A stretch of DNA of 64,000 nt, taken from contig NW_018407075.1 in the NCBI RefSeq assembly GCF_002113885.1, forward strand, positions 699,784-763,783, in the 5' to 3' direction. The notes beneath the pieces were generated by a model that was not told the DNA's origin, did no database searches, and saw only the letters and a program-made list of their open reading frames with translations. The position numbers and the translations under genes are program-made. The DNA is from Mizuhopecten yessoensis. Lineage: Eukaryota. The first letter of the stretch is position 1. Every line of letters begins with the position of its first letter. Shown here piece by piece: positions 52,833-64,000 of the stretch.

Positions 52833-53040
52833 TTTGACAGTTCAAGTTTTCTCAAGAAGTACTTGACAGATCTCTGAAATGCCATATGAAGATTTTCCTT
52901 GTATAAGACAGTTCTTCCTGTTCGCTAGTTTGACAGCTTAAGTTTGTTATCATTTTTCTCAAGAAGTACTTGACAGATTTCCCAAATGCCATATGAAGAT
53001 TTTCCTTGTATAAGACAGTTCTTCCTGTTCGCTAGTTTGT
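52833..53040. repeat. Local ~100-bp tandem duplication
   Basis: TTTTCTCAAGAAGTACTTGACAGAT..AAATGCCATATGAAGATTTTCCTTGTATAAGACAGTTCTTCCTGTTCGCTAGTTTG occurs twice. Confidence 0.85.
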
Positions 53041-53610
53041 ATATTTGTTTTGTGCTTCAATTAGAAGTTTGATCAAGAGGAAAATATGGCTGCCAGGAAA
53101 GGTAACTCTCGTTTGTTAAATATAAATATATTTTTACACTTAACTATTTTAGGTAATAGCAGGCTTAACTTAGAAAGGACACTGTCAAACCCAGCCATAT
53201 GAAATTTTAATCAAAAGTTACCACACAATGCATTTCCTTTTGACAAGACTATCAATCTAATGGATAAAAGAAGAGAAAAGATCAAACTTACATAAATCTA
53301 ATGACTATTGTACGATGGTGGGTGCCAAGGCCCCTGTGAGGTCTTTAATTTTGTAGTGAATCACTAAAAAATTTGATTTTTGATGTGAATTTAGGAGTGG
53401 AGTCTATATTTCAACATTTTTAGAGTTTAAGATTGTAGAACTTTTTTGTTATGCAATGTTTTGTTACATATTTGAGTTCATAATTTGCAGCAGATCCTAC
53501 TTTAAACAATAAAAAATATTTGATAGCGTAAAAATTTGGACAAAAAGGTGAACCCTGTCGTACATCTTTAGAGGGCGGCACTAAATAGGTCATATCAAAG
53601 GTCCGGGGAC

Positions 53611-53699
53611 CAATCTGATTAAAATCATCTGTTACATGGCTCCTTCAGGCGTAGTACGAAGTTAACGAAGCCATGTAACATATGCTTTTAATCAGATTG
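53611..53699. mobile_element. 89-bp foldback MITE (CAATCTGATTAAAA termini), ~10-bp TSD
   Basis: CAATCTGATTAAAA.CAT.TGTTACATGGCT / AGCCATGTAACA.ATG.TTTTAATCAGATTG; flanks GTCCGGGGAC / GTCCGGGAAC. Confidence 0.8.
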
Positions 53700-54369
53700 G
53701 TCCGGGAACCTTTTTAATTAAAAAAAATATCATTGGTCGTGTCTTAGGGAGCTGCAAATATAACCCAGTTATGGTTAAATTGCTTTGTGGGCAAACTTCT
53801 TTTGTTCCTGTAACAGGTCCTTTGTTCAGATGAACCCAATTTACTCACTTTCAAGGCCACTAGAATCAAATGATAACAAATATTCAAACAACTCCTTCGC
53901 CTCCAGGGTGATGATATTCAGCGAGTAGTATGCAGGGATGAGTGGCTATCAAGTTTGTGCAATTTAATCACCATGATCCATTTTCAAGATCACTGGGTTC
54001 AAATGTTTAAAAAATCTCCAAACTATTTCTTCTCATCTTTGGCCAGTAGCATGCTGGGTTGAAGGGTTACCAAGTTTGTTCAAATAAATGACCTTGAACC
54101 ATTTTCAAATTTACAGAGGTCAAATGCTTAGGAAAATTTTTGAAACGAATTCTTCATAACCTAATGGTTTGAAATGTATACCAGGTGAATTGGGACTCTT
54201 GTTTATTTGAAAACCGTTAGATTTCATTCATAATTTCACTTAGGTGATTGTTCTTGTAGACCTTTGACTTTCAACTTCACCTTCATTCTTTTCCTTTGAC
54301 CTGGTAAGCATGCAAACCACTTACTCTGTCAATATCTTTAATACACTGACAAGTTTCTTGTATAACATC

Positions 54370-54793
54370 ACTGTATCGAACACGGGACAGTACCCAAAAC
54401 GGGACACTTGTGGGAAAACGGGCCAAGAAACTGCCATGCAATGCAAAGAGGAACTTTCATGTTTGCAGTTTTCACTTGATGATACTGTTATGACAACTTA
54501 ACTGTATATAACCTTTATTGGCTGCTGATTATCGTTGGGTGGATAATTTAGAAATAAGAATAACTACCAACACACACAAACACTTGTTCAAGGGCCAACG
54601 TAATTAACCCTGATAGTAGTATTTCGCGTTTCTATTTATAAAACCACGCGCCGGAAATACCAACTTGTAATAAAAATGAAAAGTGGATGGTATCTATTTA
54701 GGAAAAATGAACAAACATTTTTGAAATTGCATGTTAGTATGGTATAAAGTTCGTTGATATTTATCTAAAAAGTCTCCCGTTTTGGGTACAGTG
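54370..54793. mobile_element. MITE-like element
   Basis: GTACCCAAAACGGGA (~54390) and TCCCGTTTTGGGTAC (~54775) inverted pair. Confidence 0.5.
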
Positions 54794-56038
54794 ACGTTAC
54801 TCTCTATACAGATGCATTTCTCTCATTCTTAACACTGTTGCAACTATGGTGACACTATAAACAATATGCGTTCGTCAAATGCCAATATCATATACTTTTT
54901 TTAGAAAAAAACCTTGTGATGCATTATTGTCTTTAAATGTATGATGATATGGAAATATGAGAAGAAACAACACTTGTACTGTTTTACTCATTCAAGTTGA
55001 GAACTATTTCTGAAAAGTAGTGAATGGAGGAAGTAAACAGAGTTTTTTTTTATAGGAATTGTCTTATTGGTTGTGTCGTTGGTGTGTGCCGACACGCGCA
55101 CGTGTTTGGTCTGATGTTGCATCTGTATAAAGATCTTAAGTAATTATTTTTTTTAAACAAATAACACATTTAATTAATAAATGATATGAGAAAGTAGATA
55201 TATGTGTCAAAGATTCGTGTCGGAAGTCATTTTTCCGGTATTTTTTCGGTATTTTCAGCCCAAAAACGTACCTGCGCAAATTACACGAGTTTTTACGGTA
55301 TATTTCAAACCATGCATGAAAATAGAAATTGAAATTGACCTGTTTTGCCAATAATCGATTCATCTAACACCATTAAACCCAAAGATATTTCTGTTGTTCA
55401 TTAATTACCGGCATATTTCGCTATGAGACAAAGTGTAAATATTGACCAAGTCTCGTCAGAATACTGTCATATGTGACTAAGTTATAGTGCGGAATCCATC
55501 GACCAATCAGATAGCAGTATGACCACACAAGTCTTCCCGCCGTCAAATCTGTGTACTCCATTAAAAAAATAAGTGACAGATTGGTGCTTTACAGACTCGC
55601 ATGCGAGATTTCTGACTAACTATTGCATTGATATTATTGTAAGTGGGTGGGGATAGTTCTTTCAAGTGATTTCTCTCAAAAAAAATTCCTCAAAAGAAAG
55701 GGATTCTGACCTCATTGTCTATGAGGTAACGAGACTTCATCATGAGAATGGCTGACATACAACACCCATGGATAAGAGTTCTTCAAACATTCTTTAGACC
55801 ATAAGGTATATTAACACAGGGTATTGCAAATGGACCGAAAAATATGCCACCAAGAGACACTTCGCCTATTGAGTACTTACAGAACATACAAGTATCTCGC
55901 ACCAACGTCTTGCCAAGACCTTTTGGAAGTATTATTGTTGAAAAAGTTAATTTGAAATTTTCCAACATAAATATCCATGCATGCATTATGATAGCATACA
56001 CCTCTTTCTTTAATCAGGACTACATATGTCATTGAGTC

Positions 56039-58970
56039 TAGTCCTGTAATTGTCACACTGTACAGTCCCGTCCTGTAATTGTCTTACTGTATAGTCACGT
56101 CCTGTAATCGTCACACTATACAGTCCCGTCCTTTAATCGTCACACAGTACAGTCACGTCCTGTAATTGTCTTACTGTATAGTTCCGTCCTGTAATCTCCA
56201 CTGTACAGTCCCGTCCTGTAATTGTCTTACTGTATAGTTCCGTCCTGTAATCACCACACTGTACAGTCCCGTCCTGTAATTGTCTTACTGTATAGTTGCG
56301 TCCTGTAATCGTCACATTGTACAATCCCGTCCTGTAAATGTCTTACTGTATAGTTCCGTCCTAGCTGTAATCGTCACACGGTACAGTCCCGTCCTGTAAT
56401 TGTCTTACTGTATAGTTCCGTCCTGTACTCGTCACACTGTACAGTCCCGTCCTTTAATCGTCACACAGTACCGTCACGTCATGTAATTGTCTTACTGTAT
56501 AGTTCCGTCCTAGCTGTAATCGTCATACTGTACAGTCCCGTCCTGTAATTGTCTTACTGTATTGTTCCGTCCTGTAATCGTCACACTATACAGTCCCGTC
56601 CTGTAATCGTCACACTGCTGTAATTGTCTAACTGTATAGTTCCGTGTATAGTTCCGTCCTGTAATCGTCACACTGTACAGTCCCGTCCTTTAATCGTCAC
56701 ACAGTACAGTCCCGTCATGTTATTATCTTACTGTATAGTTCCGTCCTGTAATCATCACACTGTACAGTTCCGTCCTGTAATTGTCTTACTGTATTGTTCC
56801 GTCCTGTAATCGTCACACTGTACAATCCCGTCCTATAATTGTCTTACTGTATAGTTCCGTCCTAGCTGTAATCGTCACACTGTACAGTCCCGTCCTGTAA
56901 TTGTCTTACTGTATAGTTCCGCCCTGTAATCGTCACACTATACAGTCCCGTCCTGTAATCGTCACACTGTACAGTTACATCCTGTAATTGTTTTACTGTA
57001 TAGTTCCGTCCTGTAATCGCAACTGTACAGTCCCGTCCTGTAATTGTCTAACTGTATAGTTCCGCCCTGTAATCGCAACTGTACAGTCCCGTCCTGTAAT
57101 TGTCTAACTGTATAGTTCCGCCCTGTAATCGTCACACTATACAGTCCCATCCTGTAATCGTCACACTGTACAATCCCGTCCTATAATTGTCTTACTGTAT
57201 AGTTCCGGCCTGTAATCGCAACTGTACAGTCCCGTCCTGTAATTGTCTATCTGTATAGTTCCGCCCTGTAATCGCAACTGTACAGTCCCGTCCTGTAATT
57301 GTCTTTCTGTATAGTTCCGTCCTGTAATCGACACACTGTACAATCCCGTCCTGTAATTGTCTTACTGTATAGTTGCGTCCTGTAATCGTCACATTGTACA
57401 GTCACGTCCTGTAATTGTCTTAATGTATAGTTCCGTCCTGTAATCGTCACACTATACAGTCCCGTCCTTTAATCGTCACACAGTTCAGTCACGTCCTGTA
57501 ATTGTCTTACTGTATAGTTCCGTCCTGTAATCATCACACTGTACAGTCCCGTCCTGTAATTGTCTTACTGTATTGTTCCGTCCTGTAATCGTCACACTGA
57601 ACAATCCCGTCCTGTAATTGTCTTACTGTATAGTTCCGTCCTAGCTGTAATCGTCACCCTGTACAGTCCCGTCCTGTAATTGTCTTACTGTATAGTTCCG
57701 CCCTGTAATCGTCACACTATACAGTCCCGTCCTGTAATCGTCACACTGTACAGTCACGTCCTGTAATTGTCTTACTGTATAGTTCCGTCCTGTAATCGCC
57801 ACTGTACAGTCCCGTCCTGTAATTGTTTTACTGTATATTTCCGTCCTGTAATCGTCACACTGTATACAGTCCCGTCCTGTAATTGTCTTACTGTATATAG
57901 TTCCCTCCTGTAATCGTCACAATATACAATCCCGTCATGTAATCGTCACACTGACACTGTACAGCCCTGTCCTGTTACCGTCACACTGTACAGTCCCGTC
58001 ATGTAATCGTTACACTGACACTGTACAGCCCCGATCTGTAATCCTCACACTGTACAGGTGAGGCCCGTCATGTAATTGTCACACTATACAGTCCCGTCAT
58101 GTAATCGTCATACTGTAGGCCCCTACAGTCCCGTCATGTAATCGTCACACTGACACTGTACAGTCCCGTCCTGTAATCGTCACACTATACAGTATGGTCC
58201 TGTAATCGTCACACTGTACAGGTGAGGCCCGTCATGTAATCGTCACATTGACACTGTACAGCCCTGTCCTGTAACCGTCACGCTGTACAGTCCCGTCATG
58301 TAATCGTTACACTGACACTGTACAGCCCCGTCCTGTAATCCTCACACTGTACAGGTGAAGCCCGTCATGTAATTGTCACACTATACAATCCCGTCATGTA
58401 ATCGTCATACTGTAGGCCCCTACAGTCCCGTCATGTAATCGTCACACTGACACTGTACAGTCCCGTCCTGTAATCGTCACACTGTACAGTATGGTCCTGT
58501 AATCGTCACACTGTACAGGTGAGGCCCGTCATGTAATAGTCACACTGTCACTGTACAGTACCGTCCTGTAATCGTCACACTGTACAGTATGGACCTGTAA
58601 TCGTCACACTGTACAGTATGGACCTGTAATCGTCACACTGTACAGTCCCGTCCTGTAGTCGTCACACATTTTTTATTCTTTAATCTTTATTTTCAAGAGC
58701 CATCCGACTCATAGGTTGAATATCAAACAATTACATCATATAGTACATGTACAAGCGATTTGTATACAAATTTAAATTGATAAAGTGGAGAGTTAGCTTA
58801 CAAAGTACGCAAATTATGAGACAGTACAGTCCCGTCTTGTTATCGCCATACTATACAATCCCGTCTTGTGATCGTCACAATATACATGTACAGTCCCGTC
58901 CTGTAATTGTCTTGTAAACTGTAAAGTCCAGTCCTGCAATCGCCACTCTGTACAGTCCCGCCCTGTAATC
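56039..58970. repeat. ~2.9-kb 29-bp minisatellite with 58-bp dimeric structure
   Basis: Alternating CCTGTAATCGTCACACTGTACAGTCCCGT and CCTGTAATTGTCTTACTGTATAGTTCCGT; interrupted ~58669-58820 by unrelated sequence beginning with a T-rich tract. Confidence 0.97.
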
Positions 58971-59524
58971 TGCATACGGAATAGTCCCTAATAATATGTT
59001 CTTATGGTGTTGAGAATATAATTTTATTCCTAAAATATTCACATGTAATCTTACGGTAAACCATGAAGATACGGTACAGTGATCACATTGCGGATGAAAT
59101 ACATACATTATCAAAAATAAAAGACACCAAGTGAGTCACATATTAAAAATGTATGTTTGCCAGTTTTATATTTAGAATGGTAGATCTTTCTATGATTATT
59201 TCATTAAAAAAATTTACAAATTGAAGCTGAACATGTCTAAATTTACTGAAATGAGTCCAGGGGATAACTTCATATTTTCCCGCAATAATAAGTAGTGTCC
59301 CATAAAAACATGAGAATATGTATAAAAGATCGATAAGAAAGGTACGTATCTTGAACGTTTATAATTTTTACAATATGAAAAACAAAGGCGGGGAAGGGAG
59401 GGAGGGGACGTAGGTGTAAGATGAAAACAAAAACGTTTGGTTAGAGGGTTACATTTCATTTCGGAACATCTTGAGTGTTTTGGTGTCTTTAAAATATAAA
59501 ATCAATATTCCGAAAGTCCATTGT

Positions 59525-59990
59525 TTACTTCCGCCTCCACGTCATAGGCGGTGTGTCTTGGATGATGACACCGACGCTAAATTTAGAACAAATTCCTCGA
59601 CGAAATCGGCCAACGATGGTAAAGAGGGGAACGTTGAAACTTTGACATTGATTTTACATACATGACACATTTGTTACGGCACCACTGGACATATTTTGAT
59701 AATATTTAAACGTTTAAAACTTGTTGTTTTGCAAATGTTTTCCTAAAGTACATTGGCAACCGACGTAAACAGCGTTGTATTTCCTGGTCGATAGGCTAAA
59801 TGCATACGTATTGCACAAGAGGACTGGCAGTGCTTTATATACACCGATACACGTGGAGATTTTGACGAATGAAGTTTCTGTTTTGATCGGTGACGTGTTC
59901 TCATGTGACGATAGATTATCCACGACGGCGAAATTGTATGTACAGCATTTACGTATTACAATAACACCGTAAACAAGAAAGATGGCGGTC
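59525..59990 (+). promoter_or_regulatory. CpG-richer promoter of the CREB3-like gene with bZIP-type sites
   Basis: CCACGTCA 59537-59544, CACGTG 59850-59855, TGACGTGT 59891-59898, YY1-type AAGATGGCGG overlapping the ATG at 59982. Confidence 0.55.
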
Positions 59991-61687
59991 AGATCTGACC
60001 CAGATCAAGTTTTGGACTTGCTTTTTAATGACAGTGATGGACTGTTGAAATCCGAAGTTCAAGGGATACAAACAGTCGATTTCGTAAGTTTGATTTGACC
60101 GCTTCATGTCAGTATTTAATGGCTTTAGATTACTAGTATTTCCAATAGAAGTCCATATCAAATTAATAAAAAAAATCACTTCCCTCTGGCTGTAAAAGCT
60201 ACCATTTTCATAAATCAATGCAAACCAGCTGCTGCTAAGGTATATTTTGCACGAATGGAGCATCTAGCATTACTATTTTGTCACAATGTTTGACACCAGC
60301 TGTAGTAGATGGATTTATTCTACAAAGTGTTTATATTTCATTGTGAATCAGTTATGGTCATGACTCATGCCTGTAAGGATAATGTGTAGTCAGGGACTCG
60401 CACAGTGACATTTCATCATGCCCGAGTCAATGGATTTGTTACACATCATCATTCAGGAAATGTATCAATCATAGCACAGACTTAGATAGCAATTTAATTC
60501 CGTGATCATAGGAATTACCACACACAGCCTTTACTTCAGGGGCTCCGAATTGGAGCTTTTCATTTAAATTTCTAAAACATACTAGCTGTGTATGCACTGC
60601 CATGGATCTTTAATTTGTGTACATAACTGCTTTAATGAGAGAAAAAAAATTTGTGTAAATCTGAACAGAAGTGCTACTTCATCATAAAAGATAACATAAA
60701 ATTAATTTTCAATTATGGCATTGGAAAGTTGTATTCTGGATAACTATTGCCCGACTGATGATTTTATGATATCTCAAAAACTCAGTGGGGATGAGAACGA
60801 TTCATTGAGTTTTTACGACTCCAATGTGTCTGATTCGGACAGTGAAATGTCAAATTCTTCTATGAAAGCTGATGACTGGAACTTGTTCACTCACAATGTC
60901 CTGGTACTGATTGATTTTATATTACAAATTAAATTTGATTTAAATTCTATTTCGCCTGGACATGTACAATTTTGTAACTTTGATATTATTCAGAGGAAGC
61001 TAATACCTCATTACATGTCATAGCTTATTCAATATTCAAATCTAGTTGGAGCTTTCTAACATTACTAAGTGAACATGTGAGAAATTTAAATATATGCGTA
61101 CCGATTTTATCTATTCAAGAATAGTGCATTGTAATTTGTGGAGAAAACACATTTAGAAATGTTGACATTTTTGTTTACAGTCTGATCTTGGACTTTTCTC
61201 GGAGGGAGATGGTGACCTGCTGGAAAGTGTCCTTAAGGAAGCAAACCTGGGAGACTTGGACACTGATATAGATATTGACCAACCTCAACAGAAAACATTT
61301 ACCACCCATACAGACCATGACTATTTTGCCCAGCGATCCCCAACAAATAGTGACAGTGGCGTGTCATTAGAATCCAGCGCGTACTCGCCACAAAGCTTTG
61401 GCGATGAACAATTACAGAATAGTCCGAAAGAGTATTATTTATCAGACTCGTCAACAAATATTTCAACAGTAGACTACATGGATAAATTATCAGAACACAG
61501 TCCTCTTGCACTGGAGGACTTTAACATGAAAGACTTTGACATGGAAGGTGTTGATGGTTTAAATACATCTGACCTCCTCAGTGAAGAAGATTTTTTAACC
61601 TGTATGAATCGTAGTTCACAGACAAAAGACAGCGCAGCAGTAACTATCAGTTTAGGTAAGTACTGCAAGACTTCATGCCCCCCCCCC

Positions 61688-61722
<35 letters not shown>

Positions 61723-63855
61723 GTGGAAATTTACCTATTGTGAGCTTCACGTTATTCAGAATGAGGTTCAAATTGGATAAGTGAATTGATGCATATATAT
61801 ATCTACAGTGCAAATACTTTCCGCTTCCATATTGCTCAGTAAGCCATACCTAGCTCACAAAGTTATTTTATAACAAACTTATTTCATTTTCTCTCTCTGA
61901 ATTTTAACATTGATGCTGCACTTATGACTTTTATGCCTCCATTAGTGCACAATGTTCATACACCACAGATATTTTCATTCTAGTGGATTTAATTTACATT
62001 AACTTGAAAGAAGTAATGGTGAACAAATATTTCACCTACATAGATATTAGATGGAGTTGCTTTGTGGCATGCAAACCGGATTTTTAACATTAGTTTTTAT
62101 TTTGTAATTTCTACACAAACATGTCACTTTAATAGAATAGAACTATTTGGAAGGAATATGTACATTTATAGAAACAGTCAATTTTTTTCATGCCATGTGA
62201 AGAGGATTTTCAAATTATTGAGTCTGTTTACACATATATAGCTATTTGAAAACCTTATTCTACTTTGACAAATGCAAGATTTGAAGTTGCCTTTTGAAAA
62301 CAAATTACAGAAGTTTTGTGATGTACAATGTAGAATATACATGTACAATTGTATGTAATTACATGTACAATTGTATGTAATTACATGTACAATTGTATGT
62401 AATTACATGTACAGTTGTATATAATTACATGTACAATTGTATGTAATTACATGTATAATTGTATGTAATTACGGGGGGGGGTTACATGTACAATTGTATG
62501 TAATTACATGTACAATTGTATGTAATTACATGTACAGTTGTATATAATTACATGTACAATTGTATGTTATTACATGTACATTTGTATGTAATTACATGAA
62601 CCTTTAAACTGTTTGTTGCAGACGATAATCAGCTGAACAGTTCAGATGAAGGGTCAGATGTGGCCAATACTATCCGTATCATTAAGGTCACTTCTCACCT
62701 CACAGACGGCCTTCCCTTCACTATGAAGGACATCAGTACCAAAACAGGAAAGGTAAGAGTACATGTACCCTATCCTATTTTACCGGTGATAAGCCTTGGG
62801 AGCCTGTGCATAAAACATGTCAATAGTAGCTGGGGGGGCGGGGGGGGGATACGCGCCTGTGTTTTACCGGTCATAGGCCCAGACTTGACATATTGGTCTA
62901 GCCATTTTGATTCCAGATGTCACAGCTTACCAAATTGGAACTGGAAGTAGATTTATTTATAAATATATATGGTACATAAATGTTACGTTTCATATTGCAT
63001 ATAAAACAAAAAAACCTGAAAATGTACCTATAGGTACTTGGAATGAAATTATAGGAAACAAAGTGAAGCGGTTAAAAAAATGTAACACTGATATCAAAAG
63101 TTAGGTCTGCACTTACCTTGTATCGAATCACACAAATCCATAGTTTTGAACATTGAAAATAATGTTATATTATTAGCCACTCTGCAGAATTAGATTTATC
63201 GATGTCCATGAACGTGGTATGCCTTAAACTTTAAACTTCGGCTGCATCACATATTTTATGTAAATCGTTGAGCACTTATCATGTATATATACTCCAAAGT
63301 TTCTGAAAGACACTGATAAGTAATGTAAAAAGAGCCATTTCCATGGCCTTATCATGAGTTTTCAAGGATTGGACAAATAGGCATCTAGACCTTCAACAAG
63401 ATGTAAACTGTATCTCTTTTTCTGTGTGGAGATATCAGCCTTGTTGATGTCTGGGACCAATTAATATAGACTGTTCTGTATTGGTCCCAAAGTATGTTCA
63501 ATTTTAACAGATTTCAATACACTGGTCCCTGTGTGTTTGGTCAAGTGAGGTGGTATATGAACTGAGGATCATCATATTAACCCTTTCACCACTCTAGACC
63601 ATAATAGACTCATCCAGATCAATGAATGGTAGAGTCTACTCAAGTTACCTAGGGGTGAAACGATCAAAATTTCTACTTTTAAGATACAACAATGTATAAA
63701 GAAAGTTACTCTTTGTGTAGTTTCCAGATCTGCGACTAACAGACGAGGAAAAAGACTTGCTGGCCAGGGAAGGGGTCCAGCTTCCAACAGATATGCCTCT
63801 GACGAAGGAGGAAGAGAAGGTACTCAAAGCGGTCCGCAGGAAAATTAGAAACAAG
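59982..63855 (+). CDS. CREB3: CREB3-family (CREB3/CREB3L3/CREB3L4-like) bZIP transcription factor; first 4 exons, continues beyond right edge
   Basis: Exons 59982-60083 ([22 protein letters not shown]), 61181-61655 (DHDY, DSGVS), 62622-62752, 63721-63855 ([42 protein letters not shown] = ATB domain plus start of basic region); phases 0/1/0 consistent. Exact vertebrate paralogue cannot be assigned. Confidence 0.9.
61678..61718. repeat. Poly-C plus (AC)n microsatellite
   Basis: C run followed by ~14 AC units just after the exon 2 donor. Confidence 0.95.
62338..62598. repeat. 22-bp quasi-palindromic tandem repeat
   Basis: Unit TACATGTACAATTGTATGTAAT, ~11 copies, one G-run interruption near 62473-62481. 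Confidence 0.92.
63577..63667. mobile_element. Diverged relative of the TTAA MITE family
   Basis: TTAACCCTTTCACCACT...AGGGGTGAAACGATCAA with similar length and internal layout. Confidence 0.5.
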
Positions 63856-64000
63856 GTGAGAGTCTACCTATGACTGTATTACTTGGCATTACTACACTAC
63901 TGTATATAGTGGATGCCATGAGATTAGAAATGGATGAGGTAGTGACCTAAAATTTTATCTATATGGGATTGGTTACGGTAGAAAATGAAAATACAAGTTG

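Noticed and set aside
56133-57450. Repetitive ORFs (ITGRNYTVRQLQDG...)
   Set aside because: Translations of the 29-bp satellite with frequent frame breaks.

Overview
Eukaryotic, intron-rich, AT-rich genomic DNA; the repeat landscape suggests a bivalve mollusc (inference). Five host genes can be spliced by hand with consistent GT-AG phases: an atypical ERK3/4-type MAP kinase (minus, runs off the left edge), a complete 11-exon IDH3A (plus), LSM6 (minus) head-to-head with HSCB (plus), and the first four exons of a CREB3-family bZIP factor (plus, runs off the right edge). Mobile DNA includes an apparently intact ~4.07 kb Kolobok-type transposon with a 678-aa transposase, several Helentron-type non-autonomous elements with internal tandem arrays, CR1-type LINE fragments, SINEs, MITEs and two large minisatellite arrays; there are two N gaps. 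Signals absent from the ORF track: (1) a start-less 159-codon C2H2 zinc-finger ORF followed by a minimal hammerhead ribozyme inside an LSM6 intron, a candidate protein-coding Penelope/retrozyme-like element; (2) a second minimal hammerhead on the sense strand of an IDH3A intron; (3) a miniature LTR retrotransposon with tRNA-derived LTRs plus related solo copies; (4) a TDG/SPE activation segment in the ERK3/4 kinase; (5) a candidate alternative acidic first exon of the CREB3-like gene. All calls are by eye; no searches were run.
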